A stretch of DNA of 64,000 nucleotides from Ignavibacteriota bacterium (GCA_963787835.1 CAWBEI010000002.1:1120001-1184000), one strand, 5' to 3'. Numbered from the stretch's first letter, positions 24,294 to 35,771 are shown. Made by a program: numbers and translations. Notes: a model not told the origin generated them from the letters alone.

Positions 24294-24458
24294 GTGAGTA
24301 ACCATTAAACGGTGTATAGGAGAGGAAGAATTCCAGATAGCAAATTGTCGAAACGGAAATCAATCGGCTGATTGCGAAGTTCATCATACATGCGAGGTCG
24401 AGCTTCGACACACATTACTCCCTGGTCACACCCCCTAACACTACTTCAAGGAATACCC

Positions 24459-24704
24459 ATGATCGGAATGAAAGCGGAGAAATACTTGCTCCAGATCGAG
24501 GCCGGTGGCACGGTTTCTGTAAAGGTAAGGTATGGTTTTGGTGCGGCGGGCGAAGAAGTTCAAAGGCTTCTCGATCTGCTCAACCCCGAGCGAATCCGCG
24601 TAAAGATAGATGGGCAGCAACGCGAAGTAGAATTTCTCCCAGGCAAGCAATTCCGCCTGGCAGACATTAAGCAGAAGATCAAATCACTTTCATTCAACAG
24701 TTAA
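24459..24704 (+). CDS. Small hypothetical protein
   Basis: AAGGA before ATG 24459; stop abuts next start codon. Confidence 0.55.
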   Translation: MIGMKAEKYLLQIEAGGTVSVKVRYGFGAAGEEVQRLLDLLNPERIRVKIDGQQREVEFLPGKQFRLADIKQKIKSLSFNS

Positions 24705-25067
24705 ATGGCACTATTCTCACGACCGATCTTTCTGATACTGGCCATTCTCCTTTGCATCGGATGTTCGGACTCCGTATCCTCAACAAATTATCCACTTCAG
24801 TTGACCGTTGTTTCCGATACGATCGTCAATAATTCGGCGCTCTTTAATTTTCGTGTCACGAAAAACGGCGCGCCGGTCAAAAATGCTCGGTTGCAACGGA
24901 CCGATTCTCCTATTCTAACGACATTCGATCTGGGTATCACATCGGACTCTGCTGGAAATTTCCCTCGTGTGATCGTTGTAATCCCACTGACGCAGGATAC
25001 CATGACCGCCGTCGCCTATCAGGCGGTAAGCGATACTCTTCTTAGTAATTATTTTCGATGGCCGTAA
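24705..25067 (+). CDS. Hypothetical lipoprotein (Ig-like)
   Basis: Hydrophobic leader with CIGC lipobox. Confidence 0.65.
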   Translation: MALFSRPIFLILAILLCIGCSDSVSSTNYPLQLTVVSDTIVNNSALFNFRVTKNGAPVKNARLQRTDSPILTTFDLGITSDSAGNFPRVIVVIPLTQDTMTAVAYQAVSDTLLSNYFRWP

Positions 25068-25079
25068 CCGCCGGGAGCG

Positions 25080-26453
25080 TTAGGCGCACCAGTGGCGGAT
25101 AGCATCTCGAACCAGTTCTGGATTTGTACTTCCAGCAGATTTTTTTTCATGCAGGCTTCGGCGGGGATCGAGATACTCGATAATATCACGATCGAAGTTC
25201 GGTGAGAACGACTGGAATTCCTCGAGAGAAAGTTGATCGAGATCTTTGCGTTGCTCTTCGGCGTACGAGACGATCCTTCCCGAAATATGGTGCGCTTCTC
25301 GGAACGGAACCCCTTTTGATCGGACCAAATAATCAGCGATCTCCGTTGCCATTAACTCACCGCTTGCGGCGGACTCCATTCGCTCGGCATTAAAGCTCGT
25401 TTCACGAACAACGAACGCCATCATTTCAAGGCTGTCGCCCGTCGTTTCGATCGCATCGAACATGGGCTGTTTATCTTCCTGCATGTCACGATTATAAGCC
25501 AGCGGCAAGCCTTTCATCGTCGTCAACACATTGATAAGCGCGCCATACACACGCCCCACTTTGCCACGTATCAACTCCGCCATATCGGGATTCTTTTTTT
25601 GCGGCATGATGCTGGAACCCGTCGTTACAGCGTCCGACATAGTGACAAATCCAAACTCCCTCGTGGACCAGATCACGAGTTCTTCCGACATACGAGATAG
25701 GTGCATCATAATGATCGAGCATGTGGCTGCAAGTTCGATCAGATAGTCGCGGTCGCTTACGGCATCGATACTATTGTTGAGGATGCCGGTGAAGCCGAGT
25801 TCCCGTGCCGTCATTGCTCGGTCGATGGGATAGGATGTGCCGGCAAACGCTGCGGCACCAAGCGGTGAGCGATCTACGCGGCTTAGTACGCCTGCCAGCC
25901 GTTCTCTGTCGCGAGCGAACATCTCTACATACGCAAGCAAATGATGCGATAGCAGCACAGGTTGAGCGCGCTGCATGTGGGTGTAGCCAGGCATGATCGC
26001 ATCAATATATGCCTCGGCTTTCTCCAGAAGCTCAGAGATTAGAGATGAGACTTTCTCCGAGAGATCCGGAATTGCCTGCTTCAAATACAGCCGTTCATCA
26101 ACAGCAACCTGATCGTTTCTGCTTCGGCCGGTATGCAATTTGCCGCCAACAGCTCCTATCTTTTCCGTCAATCGTTTTTCGATCGCGAGATGAACATCCT
26201 CCATCGAGTCATCGAATTGGAATGCGCCGGATTCGACCTCACCAGCAACATCTTCGAGACCAGCAATGATGACCCTTGCTTCATCTCTGGTAATGATTCC
26301 GCACACACCAAGCATTCGCGCATGAGCAATGGAGCCGCGAATATCTTCGCGCCACAATTTACCATCGACGGCAATGCTGGACGAGAAGCGATGGGCGATC
26401 TCGGAAATAGCTTCCTGAAATCGCCCACCCCAAAGCGCAGGTTGGTTAGACAT
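25080..26453 (-). CDS. argH: Argininosuccinate lyase
   Basis: LWGGRF, HTGRSRNDQ, GSSIMPQKKNPD. Confidence 0.98.
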   Translation of the reverse strand: MSNQPALWGGRFQEAISEIAHRFSSSIAVDGKLWREDIRGSIAHARMLGVCGIITRDEARVIIAGLEDVAGEVESGAFQFDDSMEDVHLAIEKRLTEKIGAVGGKLHTGRSRNDQVAVDERLYLKQAIPDLSEKVSSLISELLEKAEAYIDAIMPGYTHMQRAQPVLLSHHLLAYVEMFARDRERLAGVLSRVDRSPLGAAAFAGTSYPIDRAMTARELGFTGILNNSIDAVSDRDYLIELAATCSIIMMHLSRMSEELVIWSTREFGFVTMSDAVTTGSSIMPQKKNPDMAELIRGKVGRVYGALINVLTTMKGLPLAYNRDMQEDKQPMFDAIETTGDSLEMMAFVVRETSFNAERMESAASGELMATEIADYLVRSKGVPFREAHHISGRIVSYAEEQRKDLDQLSLEEFQSFSPNFDRDIIEYLDPRRSLHEKKSAGSTNPELVRDAIRHWCA

Positions 26454-27703
26454 TATACTGCTTCTTGCTCGCGTTCTGCGAATTCTGCGGAGCGTGCAAG
26501 TGTACGAAGCGGGAGCGAGAATATTTTCGAAAATCCTTCGCCGGCAGAATGATCGAACGTATCTTCAGCAGTGTACGATGCAAGCGCCTTATCATACAAT
26601 GAAAATGGAGAGGTGCGCGAAAGAATGCGAAGATTACCCTTGTACATCTCGACGGTAACGTTGCCGCTTACACGAGTTTGCGTTTCATCCACAAAGGCAT
26701 CGAGCGCTTTACGCAACGGCGAGAACCAAAGTCCGTTATAGACGATGTCCGCATAATCCTGCGCGATCTTTGCTTTCGCGTGAGCTGTCCACTTATCGAG
26801 CGTAATGCGTTCGAGTTCGGTATGCGCGAAATGCAGGAGCGTTGCTCCAGGTGCTTCGTATATCTCACGGGATTTAATTCCGACAAGCCGGTTCTCGATC
26901 ATATCCAATCGGCCAATGCCATGGGTGCCTGCAAGATGATTAAGCATTCGAATGAGATCAACGGCGCCGATCTTCTCATCATTCAGCGCCACGGGAATAC
27001 CATTTTCAAACGTAATAGCGATGGATTCTGGCTTATCTGGCGCAGCAGTCGGAGAAACAGTGCGCTGGTACGCATCCTCCGGAGGGGCGACGGTGGGATC
27101 TTCGAGCACACCGCACTCGATGCTGGTTCCCCAAAGATTCTCGTCAATCGAATAAGGATTCGCTTTCGTCGCAGAAACAGGAATTCCGCGCTCGGCACAA
27201 TAGGCAATTTCATCCTCGCGCGATTTGAATGGCCAATGTCGAACCGGCGCGATCACGCGAAGATCGGGAGCTAATGCCCACACACCTGCGTCGAAACGAA
27301 CCTGATCGTTACCTTTTCCAGTGCATCCATGCGCGACGACAGTGCATTCTTCCTTGCGCGCGATCTCGACAAGCGTTTTTGCGAGCAGAGGACGACCCAG
27401 CGCTGTTGCCAGCGGATACACGCCTTCATAGAGTGCTCCGGCTTTCAATGCGCGAAAAACAAAATCTTCCGCGAACTGTTTTCTGAGATCGACATGATGC
27501 GCCGCTTTTGCGCCAAGCTGATATGCTTTTTCCGTAATTCCATTTAATTCCTTCTCTTGACCGAGATCGCCGGAAACCGTGACAATCTCTGTGCCAAATT
27601 CTTCCTGAAGCCAGGAAGCGATCACGGAGGTATCGAGCCCTCCGGAAAACGCCAGCGCAATACGTGCGCCTTCAAGCCCACCAAGTCCATTTACATTGTG
27701 CAT
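26453..27703 (-). CDS. argG: Argininosuccinate synthase
   Basis: [36 protein letters not shown]. Confidence 0.98.
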   Translation of the reverse strand: MHNVNGLGGLEGARIALAFSGGLDTSVIASWLQEEFGTEIVTVSGDLGQEKELNGITEKAYQLGAKAAHHVDLRKQFAEDFVFRALKAGALYEGVYPLATALGRPLLAKTLVEIARKEECTVVAHGCTGKGNDQVRFDAGVWALAPDLRVIAPVRHWPFKSREDEIAYCAERGIPVSATKANPYSIDENLWGTSIECGVLEDPTVAPPEDAYQRTVSPTAAPDKPESIAITFENGIPVALNDEKIGAVDLIRMLNHLAGTHGIGRLDMIENRLVGIKSREIYEAPGATLLHFAHTELERITLDKWTAHAKAKIAQDYADIVYNGLWFSPLRKALDAFVDETQTRVSGNVTVEMYKGNLRILSRTSPFSLYDKALASYTAEDTFDHSAGEGFSKIFSLPLRTLARSAEFAEREQEAV

Positions 27704-27705
27704 TG

Positions 27706-28152
27706 TTATTCTCCTGTAATAAATCCTGTTAGTTCTTTTACGAGTCGATTAAGATCCTTGACCGCGCGAGGCGCGACGAAAATGGTGTTATCCCCGGCAA
27801 GAGTGCCGAGCACAAAGGGGGAATCCAGCGAGTCGATAAGTTCCGCCACGCCCTGCGCCCGTCCCGCAAGGGTTTTCACGACGATCATTGCTTCGTTCCG
27901 GTGAATGCCGCGCACTTCGTAACTAAGCAGCGAGCGAACCCGCTGATCCTCGCTTACATCGGTGATGGCATAGCGCGGACCATCCGGCGACGTGATGCGG
28001 GCAATGCCCATCTCGGTCAGATCGCGAGAAAGCGTTGCTTGGTTTACATCGACGCCCGCTTTTTTCAGGAACCGCTGTAGTTCCTCGTGTGATCCAACTT
28101 GCTGTTTTGTTACGATCTCACGAATGGTATATTGTCTCTTTTTCTTGGTCAT
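27706..28152 (-). CDS. argR: Arginine repressor
   Basis: Start ATG 28152; [15 protein letters not shown]. Confidence 0.93.
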   Translation of the reverse strand: MTKKKRQYTIREIVTKQQVGSHEELQRFLKKAGVDVNQATLSRDLTEMGIARITSPDGPRYAITDVSEDQRVRSLLSYEVRGIHRNEAMIVVKTLAGRAQGVAELIDSLDSPFVLGTLAGDNTIFVAPRAVKDLNRLVKELTGFITGE

Positions 28153-30016
28153 AGCTGTGTTGGACAGCATTAATGCTGTCAAAATCTCTTGTCGCACGGA
28201 TGCCTTCGCCGCCATTGGCAAGCAGTGTTGTTAAGATCGCTTTCTGCACATGCAATCTATTCTCCGCCTGATCGAATACGACGGAATGTTTGGAGTCCAG
28301 TGCATCGCTGGTAATTTCTTCGCCGCGATGTGCCGGAAGGCAATGCATGATGAGCGAGTTCGGATGTGCAAGTTCCACAAGCCTGCTATTCACCTGATAC
28401 GGCTTGAACGCTTTCATGCGTGCTTCTTGCTCGGACTCCTGCCCCATGCTGGTCCAGACATCGGTATAGATCACATCAGCGCTATCGGCTGCGATACGCG
28501 GGTCATCCAAAATTTCGATGGTGCTAATTCCAGTTCCGGTTGCATACGCAAGGATCTCCGGATCGGGATGATACCCCATCGGCGCGGCAATTGCAAGGTG
28601 CATCGGATAGATCGCCGCCATTTCGAGCCACGAATGTGCAACGTTATTACCATCGCCAACGAACGCGATCTTCAGCCCTGGCGTAAGTTTGCCATGCTGA
28701 CGAATTGTGTACATATCCGCCAGAATTTGGCAGGGATGCGAACGATCCGTAAGCGCATTGATGACGGGAACCGTGGAATACTCTGCCAGTTGGAGCAGAA
28801 GATTATGATCGAACAATCGCGCAACGATGCAATTTGAATATGAAGATAGTACGCGAGAAACATCCTCGACCGATTCACGCTCACCGATACCAACCCCTTC
28901 GTTCGAAAGATAAAGGGAAGTTCCCCCAAGTTGCGAAACGCCAACCTCGAAAGAAACGCGCGTTCGGAGTGACGGCTTCTGAAACAACAGTGTTACATGC
29001 TTGCCTGTGAGTGGCTTTGCATCGGTGTTCTTCAATACATCGGTCAGATGCATCAGATCTTCGACGTCTTGCTTTGTCATGACGGTAAGATCGAGCAGAT
29101 CGTGCTTGAGTTTCTCTTCTTTGGAACGCACAGGGCTAATGGTTGCAGGATTGCCGAAAACTTTTTCTTCGCGAATGATCTGCGTCCCAACACCTTCATG
29201 CGTGAAAATTTCGAGCAGGAGCGAATGCCTTGCGGCGCCATTGATCAAGTGAACTTTCTTCACGCCATTCGCGAGGGCATCGAACGATGCATTCACTTTT
29301 GGTATCATCCCGCCGCTGATGATGCCCAGTTTCATCAATTGCTGTGCGCGTGTGTTGGTGAGCGTGGGCACCAGTTCGCCATCGACAAGCACACCTTCGG
29401 TATCTGTAAGGAAAAATAGTTTTTCGGCACCGAGGGCCTGAGCGATCGCACTTGCGGCAATATCGCCATTGATATTGTAGATATCCCCGTTCTCCGCTAC
29501 GCCAACCGGCGCAATGACCGGCATGACACCGGAGGCGACCAGCTTATTCAACCAATCGGCATTTACTTTTTCGACTTGACCGACCAGGCCAAGATCATGC
29601 CCCTTCGGTGCGTATTTCGTGGCTGTGATAAGGTTGTTATCGATGCCGCTAATGCCAATGGCGCTGCCACCCGCACGATTGATGAGCGCAACGACCTCTT
29701 TATTCACACTGCCGGCAAGGGTCATAACGACGGTCTTCAACGTCGCTTCATCGGTGTAGCGCTGGCCACCGACAAAACGAGTTTCCATCCCGAGCTTCGA
29801 GGACAGTTCCGTTACTTCGTTCCCGCCGCCGTGAACGATCACGACGTTAATGCCGATCTTTTTCAGCAGGGTAACGTCCTTCGCGAAGGATTCTTTCAGC
29901 GCATCCTCGATCATGGCGGCACCGCCGTATTTAATGACGAACGTCGTGCCTTCGTACCGCTGAATATAGGGCAGCGCGCTTGTTAAAATTTCTTCTTTTG
30001 TAAGTGTCGTCGTCAT
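28118..30016 (-). CDS. argB-argF: Fused acetylglutamate kinase (ArgB) - ornithine carbamoyltransferase (ArgF)
   Basis: N-half KYGG, VHGGG, NINGD, GGMIPK, EIFT.EG.GT; C-half KPSLRTR, HPCQ, TDVWTSMG, HCLP, QAENR; single ORF. Confidence 0.9.
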   Translation of the reverse strand: MTTTLTKEEILTSALPYIQRYEGTTFVIKYGGAAMIEDALKESFAKDVTLLKKIGINVVIVHGGGNEVTELSSKLGMETRFVGGQRYTDEATLKTVVMTLAGSVNKEVVALINRAGGSAIGISGIDNNLITATKYAPKGHDLGLVGQVEKVNADWLNKLVASGVMPVIAPVGVAENGDIYNINGDIAASAIAQALGAEKLFFLTDTEGVLVDGELVPTLTNTRAQQLMKLGIISGGMIPKVNASFDALANGVKKVHLINGAARHSLLLEIFTHEGVGTQIIREEKVFGNPATISPVRSKEEKLKHDLLDLTVMTKQDVEDLMHLTDVLKNTDAKPLTGKHVTLLFQKPSLRTRVSFEVGVSQLGGTSLYLSNEGVGIGERESVEDVSRVLSSYSNCIVARLFDHNLLLQLAEYSTVPVINALTDRSHPCQILADMYTIRQHGKLTPGLKIAFVGDGNNVAHSWLEMAAIYPMHLAIAAPMGYHPDPEILAYATGTGISTIEILDDPRIAADSADVIYTDVWTSMGQESEQEARMKAFKPYQVNSRLVELAHPNSLIMHCLPAHRGEEITSDALDSKHSVVFDQAENRLHVQKAILTTLLANGGEGIRATRDFDSINAVQHSYDQEKETIYHS

Positions 30017-31257
30017 GAGCGATAGCTTGCGTTGATGTGTACGTATTCTTTCGAGAGATCGCAGGTCCAGAAATTTGCGCTCTCGGTTCCTTGATTCAGA
30101 TTAATCGTGATGGTCAGATTCTCGTTCGAAAATGCTTCCTTGGCTTTGACCTCATCCATCACAATGCCGTAATTCATTTCGAGCACGAGAAGCTCATTAA
30201 AAAATAGCTGAATTTTCGCGGGATCGAAATTAATGCCGGAATAGCCAACTGCTGCGAGAATTCTACCCCAATTCGCGTCCGCTCCATGAATTGCGGTCTT
30301 TACCAAGTTGCTATTTGCAACGGATCGCGCGGCTTGCAATGCTTCGGCTTCCGTACGAGCGCCATTGACGACGATCTCCACCAGCTTCGTGGCACCTTCG
30401 CCATCACGCGCGATAAGTTTTGCGAGACGAACCAGAACATGTTCAAGCGCCTGTTCGAAGATCTCGAAATCTTTCGTTCCTTCAATAAGCTCCGGCGCGC
30501 CGGAGAAACCATTTGCCATCAGCGTGGCCATATCGTTCGTACTCATATCGCCATCGACGGAAATCCTGTTGAACGAGCGATCGATAAGGCGCGCAAATGT
30601 GCGTTGTAGAAGCGGCTGCGCGATAGTTGCGTCTGTTGTGAGGAACGCAAGCATCGTCGCCATGTTCGGCGCGATCATGCCGGAACCTTTTGCAATACCG
30701 CCAATGCGAATAGGATTGCCCGAAGAAGTTGGGAATTCTACTGCAATTTCTTTCGCATACGTGTCTGTCGTCATGATGGCTTCCGCGGCGTCTATGCTTC
30801 CGTTTTCGGAGAGCAGTGCCGGAAGTTGTTCAATGCCTACGACGATATTATCCATTGGCATGTACTGTCCTATCACGCCAGTAGAAGAAACGAGCACTTC
30901 GTTTTCTGGAATGCTGAGGGCTTTCGCAGTGGTGCGAACCATGGTCCACGCATCCTCCATTCCGCGTTCACCCGTGACGGCATTCGCGTTCCCGCTGTTG
31001 ACAATGATCGCGCGGCACACATTGCCACTCTGCTCGAGCAATTGCTTGTCGATAACTAACGGCGCAGCCACGACGCTATTCAATGTAAACACTGCCGCAA
31101 CATTTGCGGGCACATCACTTTTGATGAGCGCGATGTCCTTCTTTACTTTGCGGATGCCGCAATACATTCCCGCGGCAGTAAATCCTTTCGGTGCGGTAAT
31201 GCCTCCAGGGATCTCACGGAAATCCTGCGAACTTGTGCCATTGTAATAGATGCTCAT
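30013..31257 (-). CDS. argJ: Bifunctional ornithine acetyltransferase/N-acetylglutamate synthase
   Basis: NSGNANA, STGVIG, IMTTD, KGSGMIAPNMATML, DGEGATK. Confidence 0.97.
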   Translation of the reverse strand: MSIYYNGTSSQDFREIPGGITAPKGFTAAGMYCGIRKVKKDIALIKSDVPANVAAVFTLNSVVAAPLVIDKQLLEQSGNVCRAIIVNSGNANAVTGERGMEDAWTMVRTTAKALSIPENEVLVSSTGVIGQYMPMDNIVVGIEQLPALLSENGSIDAAEAIMTTDTYAKEIAVEFPTSSGNPIRIGGIAKGSGMIAPNMATMLAFLTTDATIAQPLLQRTFARLIDRSFNRISVDGDMSTNDMATLMANGFSGAPELIEGTKDFEIFEQALEHVLVRLAKLIARDGEGATKLVEIVVNGARTEAEALQAARSVANSNLVKTAIHGADANWGRILAAVGYSGINFDPAKIQLFFNELLVLEMNYGIVMDEVKAKEAFSNENLTITINLNQGTESANFWTCDLSKEYVHINASYRS

Positions 31258-32267
31258 AGCAAGCCCTCCGTTTCTGGGAACCCGCAGACGAGGTTCATAT
31301 TTTGCACAGCTTGTCCAGCCGCGCCTTTCACGAGATTATCGAGCGTTGAAATAATGATCACTTGATTGCGTTCGGGGAGAACCGTTGAATAAATATCGAT
31401 GAAATTAGTATTCGTCACGCGGCGAACTTCCGGAATGCTCGCCGGCAGCCGGACGAATGGCTTATTCGCATAATGCTTTTGAAACGCGGATTTTACATCG
31501 GATTCTGAATATGCGCCGGAAAGCGTGGCGTATGTTGTAGAATAAATCCCGCGCGTGATGGGAATAAGATGCGGCGTGAAGGTGATCTTCACCTCTTCTT
31601 CCGAGATCTCGCCAAGCACGGTTTCGATCTCTGGAATATGCTGGTGATCGCCGATGCGATACGCCTTCACGTTCTCATTCACCTCGGAGAAGGAATATTC
31701 GATAGCCGCTTTGCGTCCTGCGCCGGAAACGCCGGACATGGAGTCTATAATAATGGAATCCGGCTCGATCAGTCCCTCGACGAGCACGGGCGCAAGCGCA
31801 AGGATGGCACTCGTGGCATAGCAGCCCGGATTTGCAACAAAACGCGATTTGCGAATGGCTGTGGAATTCCATTCGGGAAGTCCATAAACGGCTTCATCGA
31901 GAATGGCGCCAGAAGTTTGCTGCTTCTTGTAAAATTTCTCAAAGAGCGCTCGATCTTTCAGGCGATGATCGCCGCCAAGATCGATAACGATCTTGCCTTG
32001 ATCGAGAAGCAAAGGCGCGAGCTCCATCGCCTCGCCATGTGGAAGCGCGAGAAAACAAACATCGGCATCGATCTTCTCGGCGTTGGAGAATTCTTCAAAA
32101 ACGACGTCCTCATCATCCCACGCATGAACGCTGCTGACGGCTGCTCCGGCGAAGCTTTTCGCAAACACCTGCCCAAGCTGTACGTGCGGGTGCCGCGCCA
32201 GCAAACGCATCAGTTCGCCGCCTGCATAGCCCGAAGCCCCAAAGACTGCCGTTCGTATCTGTTTCAC
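31254..32267 (-). CDS. argC: N-acetyl-gamma-glutamyl-phosphate reductase
   Basis: GASGYAG, ANPGCY, SGVSGAG, DNLVKGAAGQAVQNMN. Confidence 0.97.
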   Translation of the reverse strand: MKQIRTAVFGASGYAGGELMRLLARHPHVQLGQVFAKSFAGAAVSSVHAWDDEDVVFEEFSNAEKIDADVCFLALPHGEAMELAPLLLDQGKIVIDLGGDHRLKDRALFEKFYKKQQTSGAILDEAVYGLPEWNSTAIRKSRFVANPGCYATSAILALAPVLVEGLIEPDSIIIDSMSGVSGAGRKAAIEYSFSEVNENVKAYRIGDHQHIPEIETVLGEISEEEVKITFTPHLIPITRGIYSTTYATLSGAYSESDVKSAFQKHYANKPFVRLPASIPEVRRVTNTNFIDIYSTVLPERNQVIIISTLDNLVKGAAGQAVQNMNLVCGFPETEGLL

Positions 32268-32281
32268 AGGAGAAAAGCATT

Positions 32282-32319
32282 AACAAAGGATTATGCAGAA
32301 AGTTGCATAATTATGCAAT
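32282..32319. promoter_or_regulatory. ARG box(es), predicted ArgR operator
   Basis: Perfect palindrome TTGCATAATTATGCAA (32303-32318) plus adjacent half-site TTATGCAG, ~35 nt upstream of argC; argR is in the operon. Confidence 0.8.
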
Positions 32320-32380
32320 CGTAAACAAGATTTAATGTACGCATCATATTACCGTTGTATTTTTGTTCTTTTACGAACCT

Positions 32381-33013
32381 ATGACTAAAAGACAATTCGT
32401 CGTTCTGGCATTCCGGCTGTTCGCGCTGTATTTGCTCATTAATTTCATTTCAAACTTCGGATATCTCATCGGTTTTGCTTCACACTCAGACGACATTACT
32501 CCCTATCTCACAACGTTATTCACGATATTTGCGACACTAACTCTCATCACATTTTTATGGCGAAGAAGCGAATGGTTGATGGAGAAAGTTTTTGCAATTC
32601 CGGCTCTATCCGATAAAACGATCACGGTCGAGCTATTGCCCGGCTCGACTGATGATGTTGAGAACATATCAGAGGATTCTCCAATGTCGTTCGAGATCAT
32701 GGATTATTATGAGACTCCAATTTCAAAGGAGAGCATAGAATCTATTGCTTTCAGCCTAATTGGCGCCTGGGCAATTTTCAACTATTTACCGAGGTTTATG
32801 AGTTGGGTGGAATTTATTATTCAATTGATTCGGGGAAACCCTAATGTGACGGGCCTATTCAGCGTTGAAAGGGTTTCCATAGATTTTTTTAGTGGTATTA
32901 TTCAAGTCGGGCTCGGCATCTGGCTCTTTCTTCGTCCCTGGCAATTTCAGGGATGGATCGAGAAGTTTAAACCGAAAGAGGATACGGAGGAACAAGGAGA
33001 AAGGCCCGCTTAG
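32381..33013 (+). CDS. Hypothetical membrane protein (about 4 TM segments)
   Basis: Long ORF with hydrophobic helices; start taken at ATG 32381. Confidence 0.65.
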   Translation: MTKRQFVVLAFRLFALYLLINFISNFGYLIGFASHSDDITPYLTTLFTIFATLTLITFLWRRSEWLMEKVFAIPALSDKTITVELLPGSTDDVENISEDSPMSFEIMDYYETPISKESIESIAFSLIGAWAIFNYLPRFMSWVEFIIQLIRGNPNVTGLFSVERVSIDFFSGIIQVGLGIWLFLRPWQFQGWIEKFKPKEDTEEQGERPA

Positions 33014-33015
33014 AA

Positions 33016-33142
33016 CGTCATTGCGAGAAGGAATTGCGAAGCGGAGCGGAGCAATTCCGACGAAGCAATCTCTTCGATTTAGGGCTGAGATTGCTTCGTC
33101 AAATCGAAATCCCTTCGGTCGTTCGATTCTCCTCGCAATGAC
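33016..33142. repeat. CGTC-type palindromic repeat element (MITE/REP-like doublet)
   Basis: CGTCATTGCGAG...GACGAAGCAATCTC / GAGATTGCTTCGTC...CTCGCAATGAC inverted arms between convergent genes. Confidence 0.85.
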
Positions 33143-33149
33143 CATATGA

Positions 33150-34325
33150 TTAAACGGTAATTACTCGCACGTTCGCGGCAGCATCTTTTGCTCGCTCTCT
33201 CAAAACACTCGTCGGAGTTCCCAGTTTATCGCTGGCAAGCGCAACGCCCATTCTGCGGTACTTGCGCGTGGTGGGTTTACCGAAAATGCGAACTTCTATA
33301 CCGGGAACATAAAGTGCATCGGCAATGCCTTCGTAACTTGGCTCGTTAGGTGATTCTTCAGGCGCGAGAATAACGGCGCTTGCGCCGGCCCGTTCGAGCG
33401 TTATAGCGGGAATCGGCAAGCCAAGCACCGCGCGAACGTGAAGCTCGAATTCTGTGAAGTTTTGCGATCCGCTCATGGTAACCATTCCGGTATCGTGCGG
33501 ACGCGGTGAAAGCTCTGAGAAATAAACGCCGTCTTTGTTGGATAAAAAGAATTCCACGCCCCAAATGCCAAATCCTGTCAGCGATTTTGTGACGGCTCCT
33601 GCCATGCACTGCGCTTCGGCAAGATGTTCCGAGCTGATCTCAGCAGGCTGCCAGCTTTCCATGTAATCGCCGCGCTCCTGCCGGTGGCCGATAGGGGGAC
33701 AGAATAGCGTTTCGCCATTTCGCTGCGTTACTGTGAGCAAGGTAATTTCAGAATCGAACGAAATAAATTCCTCGACGATCACCTTGCCGACTTTGGCTCG
33801 GCTTTTCGTCATTGCAATTTCCCATGCGTGTTCGATCTCGCTCGCGTTGCGAATGTATGATTGTCCCTTGCCGGAGGATGACATAAGGGGCTTAACCACA
33901 CATGGAATACCGATCTTCGCAATAGCATCTCGAAATTCTTCTATGGTTTTGGCATATTCATACCGCGCTGTTTTCAGTCCTAACTCTTTCGAAGCCAGAT
34001 CGCGAATGGCTTTGCGGTTCATGGTGAAGTTTGCCGCTCGCGCGCTGGGAATTACTTGGGTGCCTTGTTCTTCGTAATCGTAAAACCGCTCGGTACGAAT
34101 TGCTTCGATCTCAGGCACAATAATATCCGGCTTATGCTTTTGCACGATGCGGTCGAGATCGTCGCCAGAGAGCATATCGATAACTTCGCGCTCCTCAGTC
34201 ACTTGCATGGCGGGTGCGCCATCGTAGGAATCAACGGCGATGACGCGGTGACCGTATCGCTTCACTGCAATGATAAATTCTTTCCCGAGTTCGCCGGAGC
34301 CGAGGAGGAGAATGGTCTTTTTCAT
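33150..34325 (-). CDS. purT: Formate-dependent phosphoribosylglycinamide formyltransferase
   Basis: Start ATG 34325; [37 protein letters not shown]. Confidence 0.96.
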   Translation of the reverse strand: MKKTILLLGSGELGKEFIIAVKRYGHRVIAVDSYDGAPAMQVTEEREVIDMLSGDDLDRIVQKHKPDIIVPEIEAIRTERFYDYEEQGTQVIPSARAANFTMNRKAIRDLASKELGLKTARYEYAKTIEEFRDAIAKIGIPCVVKPLMSSSGKGQSYIRNASEIEHAWEIAMTKSRAKVGKVIVEEFISFDSEITLLTVTQRNGETLFCPPIGHRQERGDYMESWQPAEISSEHLAEAQCMAGAVTKSLTGFGIWGVEFFLSNKDGVYFSELSPRPHDTGMVTMSGSQNFTEFELHVRAVLGLPIPAITLERAGASAVILAPEESPNEPSYEGIADALYVPGIEVRIFGKPTTRKYRRMGVALASDKLGTPTSVLRERAKDAAANVRVITV

Positions 34326-34936
34326 TTCGTGCGCTTCTTGCTGTGCTTTAGGCATTCCTCGTAACGAAAGCAATCGGTAGTGTGGTCGTTCACCATCCCA
34401 ACAGCTTGCATGAACGCATAGATGATCGTTGGTCCGACAAACCGGAATCCTTCCGCTTTCAGCGCTTTGCTCATTGCTTGGGATTCTTTCGTTTCTGCGG
34501 GAATTTGTTTGCCGGTCTTCCATTTATTGACGATAGTCTTCCCATCCACGAATTGCCAGAGAAATTCATCGAACGATTCGTCGCGCTCTCGCAGCGCGAG
34601 ATACGCTTTTGCATTTGAGATCGCAGATTCGATCTTTAGCTTGTTGCGGATGATTCCGGCATCGTTCATCAACCGATCAATATCGCGCTTGCCATAACGC
34701 GCCATTTTTTCCGCGTCGAAGTTATGAAATGCTTTCAGGTAACCTTCACGCTTGCGGAGAATGGTTACCCAGCTCAGTCCCGCCTGTGCGCCATCGAGAA
34801 TAAGTTTGGCAAAGAGCTTGTCATCATCATGTTCGGGAACACCCCATTCGGTGTCATGATAAACAGCCATCAGCGGTTCCTTTTGCAAAGAAGCCCAGGC
34901 GCAACGAACGATCTCATTCGTATTCTTTGATCCCAT
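34322..34936 (-). CDS. tag: DNA-3-methyladenine glycosylase I
   Basis: RCAW, YHDTEWG, QAGLSW, IIRNKLK, FVGPT, NDH...C. Confidence 0.95.
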   Translation of the reverse strand: MGSKNTNEIVRCAWASLQKEPLMAVYHDTEWGVPEHDDDKLFAKLILDGAQAGLSWVTILRKREGYLKAFHNFDAEKMARYGKRDIDRLMNDAGIIRNKLKIESAISNAKAYLALRERDESFDEFLWQFVDGKTIVNKWKTGKQIPAETKESQAMSKALKAEGFRFVGPTIIYAFMQAVGMVNDHTTDCFRYEECLKHSKKRTK

Positions 34937-34939
34937 AAA

Positions 34940-35770
34940 CTACTTCTTTTCCAGCACGGCAATAATATGCGTTCCACCATCGAGCGCGCCGGGCTGACGA
35001 CTCGCTTCTAATTCGACGCTCAGAAATGCATTCCAGAATTCCGAATCCAACCAGCGATCATCAAGCACATTTTCGCGAGCGTATGCAAGAAAGTTTGACG
35101 CACTCATCTCAAGCACAGCACAAGACTGCTTTTCAAGCATTGCCTTCAGCTCTGAGACTAAAAACAGTCTGCACCTATGCCCTGTCGCACTATACTTCTC
35201 ATCCAATAAACCGGTCTTGAAGGGGTCTTCCAAAGCCCAAAATCCCTTGGTGTCAACCAACGAGATCACATCAGGGAAAAGATGCCTCAATGAGCCCAAC
35301 CGAGACATCACGCTGAATAAAACAAGGCCGCCGCTTTTCGTGACTCGCAAACATTCCCTGATGGCATCGTCGGCGTGGTCAAGCGCGTAACTAATTGGGC
35401 CACCATAAGCGACTACGGCATCGAAGCTATTGTCTGCAAATCGCGAAAGGTTGGTGATGTCACATTGTACACGCTCACGAACGCTTGGTTCGCATCCTGC
35501 TTCTGAAACATTGTGTTTGTTGAAATCGAGTTGGACGGTCGAAATGTCGGCAACAGTTATCGACGCTTCAATCCTTGCTAATTCAATCGTAAAACGACCG
35601 GGGCCTGCGCCAATGTCAAGCACAATATCACCGGGCTTGATATACTTCTGCAAATAATGGAGATGAATTGCAAGACCAACACGCGCTGCTGCATTGCGCT
35701 CGAACCGAAGCCACTCGCGCTCGCCATAGGCATCGTAAAATGCTTCCGTGTGGGCGCGATCGTACTTCAT
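34940..35770 (-). CDS. Class I SAM-dependent methyltransferase
   Basis: VLDIGAGPGRF, FD.V, RVTKSGG. Confidence 0.85.
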   Translation of the reverse strand: MKYDRAHTEAFYDAYGEREWLRFERNAAARVGLAIHLHYLQKYIKPGDIVLDIGAGPGRFTIELARIEASITVADISTVQLDFNKHNVSEAGCEPSVRERVQCDITNLSRFADNSFDAVVAYGGPISYALDHADDAIRECLRVTKSGGLVLFSVMSRLGSLRHLFPDVISLVDTKGFWALEDPFKTGLLDEKYSATGHRCRLFLVSELKAMLEKQSCAVLEMSASNFLAYARENVLDDRWLDSEFWNAFLSVELEASRQPGALDGGTHIIAVLEKK

Positions 35771-35771
35771 T

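Noticed and set aside
34326-34523. N-terminal extension of PurT in the ORF track
   Set aside because: Overlaps tag; the canonical PurT start at 34325 forms an ATGA overlap
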